DNA of 43,124 nucleotides from a virus (Duplodnaviria; Caudoviricetes). Shown here in pieces: positions 24,050-33,782 of the stretch. How positions within the stretch are numbered: the stretch's first letter is position 1; every line of letters starts with the position of its first letter. Position numbers and translations under genes: made by a program. The stretch covers positions 1 to 43,124 of IMG/VR virus record IMGVR_UViG_3300022670_000241. The stretch is one strand, 5' to 3'. Below the pieces are notes generated by a model. The model had not been told where the DNA came from and did not search any database. It saw only the letters and a program-made list of their open reading frames with translations.

Positions 24050-24847
24050 TTACAGGTCGTTTCTCGTAAAGTTAAGGACTGTACCAATATAGTCATATGT
24101 GCTTGTAGTTGCGGCATCAACAGTGATTTCAAGAACCACTTTAGTAAGTGCAGTTACTTCAAAAGCTGGAGTGGTTACAGTTAATCTGTCAATTTGAGGG
24201 TCCGCATCCTGCCCTACCCCCAATGTACCAGTTATGGGCATGTCTGCTACGACCTCTGTTGTAGAATCTGCATATGTTATTCTGCTTAAAGTAGCTGAAT
24301 GAGCCTCTAAGTCAGCAGTAGAGTTGGCAAATATCACATCCATTGTATTTAACTGAAAACCCTTTGAAGCTGTCGTACGCAACTCTTCGGTAATGTCGAT
24401 CATAAGTATAGAAGTATCATCAGCCGCTGATTTTCTTGAAACAACAAGCCCTTTTGATTCACGTGTTGTAGTAAATGTTCCAGTGGTTGCAAGTATTACA
24501 CTATCAATACCAAGAAATTTATCATAGTCCGTTTTGGCTGACGTAGTTGTAATAGCTCCAGTAGCTGTCACTGCCACAACTCCAGTCATATTATCCGAAT
24601 CATCAACTAATACTCCTGAATCTTGTATAAGTTTTCCGGTAGTACCGTTATATCTTGGAAGGGCATTATCGGTTGCAGAGGCGGGCCCATCTACTGTGCC
24701 TGCGCCGGCTTGTATCTGGTCTGGTGTGAAGGTCGTTGCCAAACCCGTCGATCTATCGAAACCAACAATTTTATCATCTGAAGCAGCATTACCACTAGAT
24801 TCAGGCATTCTTCCAATCTCGCCACTTAATATAACTCCTGTAGTCAT
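24050..24847 (-). CDS. Head/tail fibre protein
   Basis: GTVDGPASATDNALPRYNGTTGKLIQDSGV fibre repeat. Confidence 0.7.
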   Translation of the reverse strand: MTTGVILSGEIGRMPESSGNAASDDKIVGFDRSTGLATTFTPDQIQAGAGTVDGPASATDNALPRYNGTTGKLIQDSGVLVDDSDNMTGVVAVTATGAITTTSAKTDYDKFLGIDSVILATTGTFTTTRESKGLVVSRKSAADDTSILMIDITEELRTTASKGFQLNTMDVIFANSTADLEAHSATLSRITYADSTTEVVADMPITGTLGVGQDADPQIDRLTVTTPAFEVTALTKVVLEITVDAATTSTYDYIGTVLNFTRNDL

Positions 24848-24858
24848 TTTAATTCTCC

Positions 24859-25527
24859 TTAATAATTACTTGAATAATAACTGTTGCTTCCATCTACAAT
24901 ATTTTCTGTGGTTAGAAGTCCAGTTACCGTTCTGTTATTGGTTTCTTTTTTAATTTTATTGTACTCAACTTCAACACGCCTGTCGTACCTTTCTGCCCGT
25001 TCCTCATCACTACGATAGTCTCTGAGCAAATCAGCTAACGTTTTGTATTCTACTAATCTTGCGGCATTAGTAGCAAAATCATTAGTATCCGTATCGCCAC
25101 TTAAATCTGCATAGGTTTTACGATAAAATAAATTTACTGTATAAACTCTATCAGGTATGTGTAAAAACTCAATCTGACCCTTCCTAAAAGTGTACCCCTG
25201 CGGTCTGGACTCTGAACTGTCAACAAATCTTGATTCATATTGTAATGGTGTTAATTTTTTCAATGGATAATGTACTTGTCCATCAATAATAGTTAAACCA
25301 TTAGGTATTATAATTTGCTTAAAATCAGAAGGAATACTACCTAATACAGCATTCCCGGCCGTTGTACTCAGTGCCGCAATCTCCTCAGAAAACCAGAAAG
25401 CGTCAGTTTCATAGTATTCTATAGTAGAATTAATTTGTGCGTCAATCTGGGCTGAGGTGGGGTCTATTAAATCCCCATCTGCTAATTTATTACTTATTAA
25501 CGTCCTCAACCCAGATAAAGTAGCCAT
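24859..25527 (-). CDS. Head-tail adaptor (tail tubular A-like)
   Basis: ATLSGLRTLI..FWFSE..IPSDF..RP..Y..IPDRVYTV..DTDTN. Confidence 0.8.
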   Translation of the reverse strand: MATLSGLRTLISNKLADGDLIDPTSAQIDAQINSTIEYYETDAFWFSEEIAALSTTAGNAVLGSIPSDFKQIIIPNGLTIIDGQVHYPLKKLTPLQYESRFVDSSESRPQGYTFRKGQIEFLHIPDRVYTVNLFYRKTYADLSGDTDTNDFATNAARLVEYKTLADLLRDYRSDEERAERYDRRVEVEYNKIKKETNNRTVTGLLTTENIVDGSNSYYSSNY

Positions 25528-25529
25528 AA

Positions 25530-25994
25530 TTAACCCTGGTAGGAAATTGTACCATTAAAGGTAATATCTCCCGGATTGTTAGTCGAAACACCACCAGTGG
25601 TAACAGTTATCCAGCCATCAGCAGTGGCCTCAAACGTAGCCCCCGCCACCGCAGTTGGCCGCAATACACCGCCAGCTTGTGCAGTCGCAGCAGCAGCCGC
25701 AAAGGCGTTCGTGTCGTTAATATTGGTAACCGTATCATTGGCGTCATAAACAAAACCCCAATCGAGTGTCACGTCGGTTCCGGTATCCAGGTCATCTACT
25801 GCCAAAGCAGAACCATATTGCAATCTCGCGCCTCGTCTAAAAGGTACAAGTCCTACAATAGTGCCGGTTGTTGAAGTGTCAGGTACTGTAGCCGTTCGAA
25901 CCACCACACGTGGACCATCATGTGGTCCCGAAGGGGCTTTTAGAAAAGGATTTACAGTATCTTGATCTGAAGGAAATACATCAGGTGTAGTCAT
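25530..25994 (-). CDS. Capsid decoration/cement protein
   Basis: Immediately after the MCP; DDLDTG..TLDWG jelly-roll motif. Confidence 0.65.
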   Translation of the reverse strand: MTTPDVFPSDQDTVNPFLKAPSGPHDGPRVVVRTATVPDTSTTGTIVGLVPFRRGARLQYGSALAVDDLDTGTDVTLDWGFVYDANDTVTNINDTNAFAAAAATAQAGGVLRPTAVAGATFEATADGWITVTTGGVSTNNPGDITFNGTISYQG

Positions 25995-26005
25995 TTTAAT
26001 TCTCC

Positions 26006-27151
26006 TTATGAAGTGTGCGCAGCCGCAAACGTTGAAATAACGGTAGAGCCATAATCTTCACCATCGAATACAAGCTTTCTTAACCCGTAAATCATACGTG
26101 CTTCTATCGCTTTATCGTGTTCAAAGTCTTTTAGCTCTGTGAAAAATTTAAGCGGTACATTACCCCTTTCATCAGCAGATGCGTCAGAAAGTTCACCACC
26201 AAATCTTGAAGCAAAAGCCGCTGCATCACGCCCACACATAACCGCTCTACGTACAGTAGTAATTGCTGCAGAAGTAGAACTATTTACACCCGTAGCAACA
26301 CGGAATGTAGGAATAATGTTTACATTGGCATATTTACCAATTGGAACCGTACCGTATTTATCACCAACCATGATAGGATTGTTCTCAATACTACCACCTT
26401 CTTGTTGAGATAAATAATTAGTGTACCACTGGATACGCCCGGAAGTATCACGCTTAAGGTCAACAGACTGTTCAAAAGAAATATACAAATCAAACTCTTG
26501 TCCATCTAACGCACCAGCATAAGGATAAGTTCTTTGTAGCTGCTCAACAGCCGCATCGATCAAATCAAGATTAAAGGTATCAGCACTTGTTAAAGCCTGG
26601 TCTGTAGCTGCACCGGCCGCCCGTATAATACGGTTCGTGGTAGGTGCTCTTGTTGTGTTTAACCCTTGCACGAAAGTTCTATCCGTACCGGAATATACCG
26701 TGCCATCTACTGTTATAGTCGTAGAATTAACACCGGCAAGTTGGTTGAATATCGAAGCATCTAAACGTGATGCATGGAATTCAGGCAAAAGCCTACGCGC
26801 CCTTTCTTCAAAAGGTACTAACGTACGCGACTGTTCAATTGTATCGGTATTTGGAGAAGAGACGGCATGTCTAAACTCATTATAAACCATTGAATCACTT
26901 TGTAGGTCAAGAGCTTCCTCATTTCCTACTAAAGTTCCACCTTCACCAATACCCGTCCCCGTTAGGATTCCAGTAAAGCTAAAAGTTACATCATCACCAG
27001 CTTTAGCATCATTAAGTTCCTGGGCTTTCATTATTGTACCACGGCGAACCATACGTCCAAACGCAGTATTTTTGTACATATCGACAAAACCTTTCTTCGA
27101 CCATAATTTTACGGTCAAGGCATTGCCTGTAAGCATTTCTGTTTCAGCCAT
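26006..27151 (-). CDS. Major capsid protein, N4-gp56/DUF4043 family
   Basis: VKLWSK, GDDVTF..L.G.G..TLVGNEEAL, RHAV, RRAVMCG..A, GLRK..F..EDYG. Confidence 0.9.
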   Translation of the reverse strand: MAETEMLTGNALTVKLWSKKGFVDMYKNTAFGRMVRRGTIMKAQELNDAKAGDDVTFSFTGILTGTGIGEGGTLVGNEEALDLQSDSMVYNEFRHAVSSPNTDTIEQSRTLVPFEERARRLLPEFHASRLDASIFNQLAGVNSTTITVDGTVYSGTDRTFVQGLNTTRAPTTNRIIRAAGAATDQALTSADTFNLDLIDAAVEQLQRTYPYAGALDGQEFDLYISFEQSVDLKRDTSGRIQWYTNYLSQQEGGSIENNPIMVGDKYGTVPIGKYANVNIIPTFRVATGVNSSTSAAITTVRRAVMCGRDAAAFASRFGGELSDASADERGNVPLKFFTELKDFEHDKAIEARMIYGLRKLVFDGEDYGSTVISTFAAAHTS

Positions 27152-27324
27152 AGCGACTGCTCCCTCAATTAATTAACAAAATATGATTGCTAATTACTCG
27201 GTTACAGCCTGATTACAGCCCGGCGTTAGGCGTGGTGAGTAAATGATTTCTTGCCCATTTCCCAATATACTGCTTATTTTACAACCCAGCGAAGGCGTTA
27301 GTGGGAAACTTCGAAGATTCCATA

Positions 27325-27353
27325 ATTATGGAACAATAAAAATGATTTGTCAA
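27325..27353 (-). promoter_or_regulatory. Capsid gene promoter
   Basis: TTGACA-17-CATAAT, about 170 nt upstream of the MCP start. Confidence 0.7.
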
Positions 27354-28312
27354 CTATGTCTTGCTACTGCCTTTTCGATGGCCTTGTTATATTCATCTGC
27401 GCCGAATTTATGGATCTCCTCTAAAGACATATTAAGTAATTGTTGGGGAGTACGTGCATCACCACCGTCACCAGCAGGTGAACCACCAATAAGAGATGCA
27501 CTTTTCTTGGCGTTTTTCTTTATCTCTTTAATATTAGGTTTCTTTTTCGGAGCCTCCTTTGGTTTGTCCTCAATACGATAACCAGCCTTGTATGCCAGAT
27601 ATTCAATATGTGCAGTGGGGACAATACCGGCTTTGGCCGCGTTACCAGCCTCTGCATATTCAGCTTGCTTTATCGCCTGGGCAATCTGTGCATCTGTAGC
27701 AGAAGGATGTCTGTCCTTTAACTTCTGGGTCTCATGTTGGATTAAAAACTCTTTGGCATTATTATAATCAGGGCTAATCCTGGCGTGTTCTGTCTGCATA
27801 GTTTCCCATTGACGTTCTGCATTAACTCGTTTTTGAGTAGCCTCCATCTCCTGGACACGTTTCTCTAGTTTGCCATTTTGATATTGAGCGTATTTTTCCG
27901 GCTCGTATTCAGGGTCGGGTATTTCTTCTTTAGGTGCTTCGGAAACTGGTGTAGCATCTGCCCTACCCTCCAATCTGGCAAGGCGTTCACGTAATTCTTG
28001 ATTCTCACGTGCTTTATCCGCTTCGGCGGCCTTGGCTGCTTTTAATTTGTGACGCATTTGCGCGCCCGGCTTTACTTCCTCTTCCTCCTCCTCCGAATCT
28101 GTTACAGATTCTTCCTCCTCGCCATCTTTAGATTCTTCTTCGGTCTCCTCCTCGGATTTTTCCTCGGTTTCCTCCTCACCGGTTTCTTCTTCTTCCGGTT
28201 CTTTGGTAACTTCCTCCAGCAATTCCTCAGAGTCTTTTTTGTCCTTTTCAGGCTCCTCGGCTAGTTGCTGTAGTTCTTCTAGGATTTTTTGTTCAGTTTC
28301 AGCTATTCCCAT
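27350..28312 (-). CDS. Scaffolding protein
   Basis: Very acidic N-terminus and coiled coil; between portal and MCP. Confidence 0.8.
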   Translation of the reverse strand: MGIAETEQKILEELQQLAEEPEKDKKDSEELLEEVTKEPEEEETGEEETEEKSEEETEEESKDGEEEESVTDSEEEEEEVKPGAQMRHKLKAAKAAEADKARENQELRERLARLEGRADATPVSEAPKEEIPDPEYEPEKYAQYQNGKLEKRVQEMEATQKRVNAERQWETMQTEHARISPDYNNAKEFLIQHETQKLKDRHPSATDAQIAQAIKQAEYAEAGNAAKAGIVPTAHIEYLAYKAGYRIEDKPKEAPKKKPNIKEIKKNAKKSASLIGGSPAGDGGDARTPQQLLNMSLEEIHKFGADEYNKAIEKAVARHS

Positions 28313-28463
28313 GTTTATTCTCCTTTTTGTTACCCAAGGGATTGGTTAAAGTTAATACAACTTCTGTAAGTTCCTGTTTTACTTCCTCGACCTGCTTTTT
28401 TTGCTCATCAGCTTGCACTTCGAGTTTGTTAACTTTGGTTCTGATTTTCGCTAGTGTGGTCAT
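28299..28463 (-). CDS. 54-aa coiled-coil protein
   Basis: Hand translation MTTLAKIRTKVNKLEVQ...; ATGA-coupled to the portal. Confidence 0.5.
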   Translation of the reverse strand: MTTLAKIRTKVNKLEVQADEQKKQVEEVKQELTEVVLTLTNPLGNKKENKHGNS

Positions 28464-30562
28464 ATGTTTAAATTAACCTGATCAACACCACGTTTTATAA
28501 AGCTATTCTCAAGTTGTTTTTGCTCACCCTCAGCCAGGGTTCTAAGAGTATCAGCACGTGTATTGTCGGTCTCGGCTTCTGTTTGCGGGACTTCCGCATC
28601 GGTTTTGGCTGCTTGTGATTGCTTAAATACAGCTTCACTTTTAGTTTTAACTATTTCCGCAAGCTGTCCTTGTTTGGCAATTTCCTGTATTTCTTGTTTT
28701 TGCTTCTGCTCCTCTGGAGATGGCGGCTTAGGTGTCAGAATTTCTATTAATCTCTGTTTGTCAGTTTGTTTAATCGGTAGATACGGAATCACAACAGGAT
28801 AGATATTTTGTCCTAACAATGCTAATTTATCAGCTAACGCTATCATTATTTGAGTAGTTTCCTGTTTCTGTGAAGCAGAAGATGGAGCCTCGCTAATCAT
28901 AACGTCGTATTCTTCGGCCAGTCTATCACTTGATAACGCCTCAAATCTTGGAGCACCATTCTCCCCTATTATTTTTATCAAACGTCCCTCCGAATTCTCA
29001 GCCAATACACGGAAAAGAGTTATCATATATCTGGCGTGCTCTTTCTGATACAAAGAGATGGAATCAAAATAACAACCTAACGTACTAACCACTTGGTTTA
29101 TACGTTGGCTTTCCAGTAATGCGCTTACTTGCTGGTTTTGTGCGTTGCCGAGGAACTCTTTGTTTATGCCGGTCACTTCTCCTAAAGACTCTGTAGAGAT
29201 AGCATAAATCTCCTCATAGCCATTTGGTAGTTTTGCTGTAGCTTTTGGCATGATTTGGTTGCCAGACACAGCACCATCATTAACTTTAATAGCGGCCTTG
29301 GTTGTAGCATACTCTTGCTCAAATTTTGCAGGATCTTCTACGGCACTTTCCTCATATATCACGCCACCTTTAGAATTAGAGGCAATAACGTATAACATTT
29401 CTGTCAATGCTTTATTGGCGTAACGGGCAGGAGATTTAAGAGCGGCAACCATGCCAAACCAGCGTTCGTTTTCGTGGTCGTAATCACCTGTTTTAAATTT
29501 AATAGTGAATCCTTGCTGGTCTAATGACCTGAATTTATCAAGAATTTTCTCCTTATCAGAAAGTATAGCTGTATAGTATACGCGTTTCTGGTGCTTCTGG
29601 TAATCAACATCTATATCAAATCTGTCAAACACTGCTTGCATGTCTTTCTTAATTTTAGGAGTCATCACAAGAAATTCAGCAAACGGATCAAACTCAAAGA
29701 AGTCCTCAACCGCATCATCATCAGCGGCCTCTTCTCTTTTGAGGCGCATCAACTCCATCAATTGGCCAAGCTGATTAACAATATCTACATCCTCAATCTC
29801 AAACAAAGGATTAGCCGCACGGTAATAGGTTTCTAAATTCCACCACTGATAATAAAACACCTCAACCAAATCTTCCTCTGTGACTCCAACACCAATTGCA
29901 ACCGCACTGTATGCCCCACCGGACGGATTGTAGGAAAACTTTGTTTGATCACCTTTATAACTTGCAAAATCCTCTGGCTTAGTGCCGGGGAATCTTTTTA
30001 CAGCTTCATCACGGCTGAATTTTTTACGCCTAAATACCCAACGAGCATCCAGCAAGTTGGGTTCTCTTGCCTGCGGATCCCAGTATATATCATCGAACTC
30101 TGCATTTTCCGCGTCAACTTCGCCATCCGGGTTAATCTCATATCCGACATTGGTATCAATTGCCCCGTAACCTGTTATCAACATCTCCCTATCCTGACGG
30201 CTTTCAAGATGGTCAAGATTAGCATTCTCACGGCTGTAATCAGATAGTGAATTGAGATAAGTAGAGAATTCTTGTTGCTTCTTGTCATCAAAGATGCGTG
30301 CAAGATAGTCAGGCTTACGCCTCAACTGTACCATAAATCCGGTAACTGCATCGATGTAAGGTTTTACCTTATTGAAGATAACCATTGATCGGCGGCTCTT
30401 ATCTATGACAGTGGCAGTATATGCCATTTGATCACCGGCATGGAATGCGTGGTCATTTCTTGCCTCCGAATGTTGACCGTCAAGTGAACCCTCAGAAATG
30501 TTCTTGTGTTTTTCCCACTGCTCTAAAAGCTTTTTGTCACTCTTGATAGGCATTATCTTCAA
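28460..30562 (-). CDS. Portal protein, P22-like
   Basis: GDQ..FNKVKPYIDAVTG, GYG, WDP.A...L.DARW, YDVMISEAPSS, C-terminal helical barrel; 700 aa. Confidence 0.9.
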   Translation of the reverse strand: MKIMPIKSDKKLLEQWEKHKNISEGSLDGQHSEARNDHAFHAGDQMAYTATVIDKSRRSMVIFNKVKPYIDAVTGFMVQLRRKPDYLARIFDDKKQQEFSTYLNSLSDYSRENANLDHLESRQDREMLITGYGAIDTNVGYEINPDGEVDAENAEFDDIYWDPQAREPNLLDARWVFRRKKFSRDEAVKRFPGTKPEDFASYKGDQTKFSYNPSGGAYSAVAIGVGVTEEDLVEVFYYQWWNLETYYRAANPLFEIEDVDIVNQLGQLMELMRLKREEAADDDAVEDFFEFDPFAEFLVMTPKIKKDMQAVFDRFDIDVDYQKHQKRVYYTAILSDKEKILDKFRSLDQQGFTIKFKTGDYDHENERWFGMVAALKSPARYANKALTEMLYVIASNSKGGVIYEESAVEDPAKFEQEYATTKAAIKVNDGAVSGNQIMPKATAKLPNGYEEIYAISTESLGEVTGINKEFLGNAQNQQVSALLESQRINQVVSTLGCYFDSISLYQKEHARYMITLFRVLAENSEGRLIKIIGENGAPRFEALSSDRLAEEYDVMISEAPSSASQKQETTQIMIALADKLALLGQNIYPVVIPYLPIKQTDKQRLIEILTPKPPSPEEQKQKQEIQEIAKQGQLAEIVKTKSEAVFKQSQAAKTDAEVPQTEAETDNTRADTLRTLAEGEQKQLENSFIKRGVDQVNLNI

Positions 30563-30705
30563 TGTTATATGTTAAAGTTGTCTTATAATAAGGCTCTTTC
30601 TCGACTTTACGAAAAAAGAATTCATTTACAGCATCGCTTTTCCTATTTTGAACTTTGGTAAAGTATTTTATTAATTCTTTTTGTTCTTCTGAGAATTCTA
30701 CCATG

Positions 30706-30966
30706 TCATTTTTCATCTAATTCATTAATCGCCTTGACAATTGCTATAGCCATCACTACAGGCAGACTGCCAATATTTTTATCATTTTTTTCTGGAAAAT
30801 TGTGTTCCAAAAATTCCCCCACAATTTGCTTAGTTATTTTAATTTGCTCTTCATGCCTGTTCAGGGGCATTCTATCTGGAAGCGTATTAGCTAACCATTT
30901 TAAAACCCCTTCTTTTGTCGGCAAATTCCCTGCTTCATAAAGAGGGTCATCAATAATTTCCAGCAT
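30706..30966 (-). CDS. Hypothetical protein between TerL and portal
   Basis: ORF track. Confidence 0.6.
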   Translation of the reverse strand: MLEIIDDPLYEAGNLPTKEGVLKWLANTLPDRMPLNRHEEQIKITKQIVGEFLEHNFPEKNDKNIGSLPVVMAIAIVKAINELDEK

Positions 30967-30969
30967 AAC

Positions 30970-32532
30970 CTACCATGTCATTATATCTTCTTCATCAAAA
31001 TCACCAGTGTAATAATCTTTCAATGTCTTGTTATCATCAAGATACATCACGTTAATCTTAGGAAAGCGTGCCATTAAATCAGCGTCAAGTATTCGGGCAA
31101 ACGCGTCAATCAAATCGTCATGACGACCCACCGGGAAAACCGTAAGTTCCTCTTTTATAAATACTTCTACCAGATCATAGGTGCTTCCGTCAATACTATC
31201 ATACAGAATACTTTTAGGCAAGTACACACGTGTATTCTCGAATAAAGGAATCAACTTGCGTATTCTGTCCTCTTTTCGCACCTGTCCCTTGACCTCTACA
31301 ATATGGAATCTGTAGTTTCCTTCGTCCTGCTCTTTCTTGATATAAAATGCATCTGTCATCATTCCGTATTGCTCAATGCCAACAGTTGGAGGCTTGCCGG
31401 ATAGCTTGTTCCATTTTTGGTGAAGCTCAATTAATTTATTCACACGTTCAGTTGGGTTGAATCTGTCACGTACCATATCAAGGACATAGTAATTATTGTC
31501 GTTTGCCAGTCCCACCACAATCATAGCTGTGTAGTCAGGATCCAGTCTTTCCTTGTTCTTCTTGGTGTTGGCCGGATCATACAATATATATACATTCATC
31601 CCGTGCGCTGTGAATTTACGTGAGTAATTGTTGTAGTATTGGATCCATCTTGCCTGGAACTCTCCCCCTCCTTCCGGTGTTGGACGCTGCATATACTGCC
31701 CGACAAATCCATACATTCCAAGTTCAGTTAGTTTCTTGTCAAGTTCATCCTCTCCCAATCTATCCTCTTGCAGGAACGAATCCCTCTCGCATATCCACTT
31801 CCTTTTGTTGACTGTAATGACTGTGCGCTTTTCAAAGTAAGCCGGTAATAATAATTGTTCCCAGCCTTTTTCTAGCAAATGTCCCGACGGGTCATCTTCA
31901 TGCAAACGCTGCATAACAAGGAGAGCACGTGAGGTTTTGGGGTCATTCTCGCGGGTTAGGAATGTCTGGTCTATCCAGTCGTTGGTTCCCTTACGTATAA
32001 CATCAGACAATGCCTCATCAGGTTTTACAGGGTCATCCAAGATCAGATAATCACCACCATCACCCGTAATTGAACCACCAATTGATGTAGCCTTCCTGTG
32101 CCCCCGCTGCGTGGTCTGGAATTTACGCTTTTCGTTCTGGTCTTTGGCTATTATGGTGTCCGGAAAGCAGCGTTTGTACCATGGTTGTTCCATAATGAGG
32201 CGCGTGTCTACGCTGTGCTTTACTGCCAGGTCAGCAGCATAGGATGCCGTGACAATCTGTTCCGATGGATTCTTGCCCAATAACCACGCTGGCCATGCAA
32301 CACAGGCGGTTATGGATTTAAGAGAACGAGGAGGCATATTTATAATGAGCCGTCTTATTTCCCCACGCTCCATTGCCTGTAGATATTCGATAACGCAATC
32401 AATATGCCAGTTGTGTAGGTATTCGTGTGCCGGATCTACTGTCTGAAAACATTGCTGGGTAAATGCTATTTGATCATTGGAGAGGAGGGCGAAAAACTCA
32501 TCGTCACTTGTGTCTATCAATTCGTCAGTCAT
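30970..32532 (-). CDS. terL: Terminase large subunit
   Basis: RLIINMPPRSLKS Walker A, LILDDP Walker B, MQRLHEDD, nuclease DPA..DYTA..HDDLIDA. Confidence 0.95.
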   Translation of the reverse strand: MTDELIDTSDDEFFALLSNDQIAFTQQCFQTVDPAHEYLHNWHIDCVIEYLQAMERGEIRRLIINMPPRSLKSITACVAWPAWLLGKNPSEQIVTASYAADLAVKHSVDTRLIMEQPWYKRCFPDTIIAKDQNEKRKFQTTQRGHRKATSIGGSITGDGGDYLILDDPVKPDEALSDVIRKGTNDWIDQTFLTRENDPKTSRALLVMQRLHEDDPSGHLLEKGWEQLLLPAYFEKRTVITVNKRKWICERDSFLQEDRLGEDELDKKLTELGMYGFVGQYMQRPTPEGGGEFQARWIQYYNNYSRKFTAHGMNVYILYDPANTKKNKERLDPDYTAMIVVGLANDNNYYVLDMVRDRFNPTERVNKLIELHQKWNKLSGKPPTVGIEQYGMMTDAFYIKKEQDEGNYRFHIVEVKGQVRKEDRIRKLIPLFENTRVYLPKSILYDSIDGSTYDLVEVFIKEELTVFPVGRHDDLIDAFARILDADLMARFPKINVMYLDDNKTLKDYYTGDFDEEDIMTW

Positions 32533-32711
32533 AATTTCACAATTCTAAGATCAGCAAGACAACAATCATCACCGTGATCTTTCTTAAATTCTTTCACTTT
32601 CGAGTCGAATTCAAGCCCCATTTCCATTATACTATCTCCCCCTAACATACCAGCACCCACGAGTTTTGAATCTTTGTACCTATTGTAGCTTAGTAGATAA
32701 TAATCACTCAT
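32529..32711 (-). CDS. Hypothetical protein
   Basis: ATGA overlap with terL. Confidence 0.55.
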   Translation of the reverse strand: MSDYYLLSYNRYKDSKLVGAGMLGGDSIMEMGLEFDSKVKEFKKDHGDDCCLADLRIVKL

Positions 32712-32816
32712 TGTTACGCTTCTCCCCTCGTTTTACCCCAATCTCGGTTACCTGCCCGCCACACTCTAGCGTCTAATATGCTCAGAATCACGGGTTTAGA
32801 CCGCTATTGTGTCATA

Positions 32817-33149
32817 TTACCATGAATATAGGCTAGATTCTTCATATATTTCACTATCGGACGCTTTCGTCTCGGTTTTGCGGCCACTTTGTAACATGGA
32901 TTCCCTCACTTTCTCCGCCGCCCATTTTGGTACACCACAGTACTGACAACACCCATTCCAGGTAAATGTATGCGTGCACTTATCTGTTTCGGGGCTGCTT
33001 TGTAACAGCGTTTTGGTTAATTCAGCACCGCTTTCAACTGTCGCACGAGTTAATCGCTCAACAGCAAACTTGAAACCAGCGTTATATCCCTGACGATACG
33101 CCTCACGTTCCCCCTCTGTGCGTCTGTTAAGCGGTATTTCTTTCACCAT
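32817..33149 (-). CDS. Hypothetical protein with Zn-knuckle
   Basis: AYRQGYNAGF; CTH..CCQYCG. Confidence 0.55.
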   Translation of the reverse strand: MVKEIPLNRRTEGEREAYRQGYNAGFKFAVERLTRATVESGAELTKTLLQSSPETDKCTHTFTWNGCCQYCGVPKWAAEKVRESMLQSGRKTETKASDSEIYEESSLYSW

Positions 33150-33315
33150 CCCTCACTTTCTCCGCTGCCTCCAGTGCAGCACGCGCCCACACGTAGTATT
33201 TAGCGTTCCGTATATCTGGTATGCCATCAATGAGGGTGAATAGCCCCTTATACGTAGGCTCCTCATTCCATATAGCCTCTGCAGCCGCGTCTACCTCTGG
33301 TTCTGTGGGCATCAT
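33127..33315 (-). CDS. Small phage protein, paralogue of 34853..35164
   Basis: PT..E..AAA...ARAALEAAEKVR. Confidence 0.6.
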   Translation of the reverse strand: MMPTEPEVDAAAEAIWNEEPTYKGLFTLIDGIPDIRNAKYYVWARAALEAAEKVRDGERNTA

Positions 33316-33782
33316 TCCTCCGGGGTAACATTGATGATTCTCTGCTCGATACGTTTCCGGTAATTATCAAGTATAGCTTGCTTATTACGGTCTGATAACA
33401 GCCTGTCATTTTGTTTGTCTTCGTTTAAATCGTACATATTATTGAGCATTCCGTAGCCTTTGAGGGTGTTTGAGTGGTCTCTGTCTACTATTGTACGGTC
33501 AATTGTGTTTAAAACGCCGTTTGTAATGTATGTTCTATCTATGACAAGCCTCTCTAACACCATGTCTTTTATATCTTTTATTCTCTGGGCTATCGCTGGG
33601 TGTATGGTGAGCTTCCATGCAGTGTCGTTAATGGTGACATCTTTCATATTCTCTGTGTTGTATGCATGTCGATACGCATCACTGGCATTGTCACATTCGA
33701 GAAACTTAGCTACAAATGCTTCCTGTTTTTGTGTGAGAGCCATGTTATATACTTGATGTTTGGTTGTCACCACCTCTGGCAA
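33312..33782 (-). CDS. terS: Terminase small subunit (likely start MALTQKQ, 33743)
   Basis: LTQKQEAFV..NASDAYRHAY..A.KL...P.IAQRI HTH signature. Confidence 0.9.
   Translation of the reverse strand: MPEVVTTKHQVYNMALTQKQEAFVAKFLECDNASDAYRHAYNTENMKDVTINDTAWKLTIHPAIAQRIKDIKDMVLERLVIDRTYITNGVLNTIDRTIVDRDHSNTLKGYGMLNNMYDLNEDKQNDRLLSDRNKQAILDNYRKRIEQRIINVTPEE

Noticed and set aside
28070-28260. Low-complexity TCC/TTC tract
   Set aside because: It is the Glu-rich N-terminus of the scaffold protein; ordinary.
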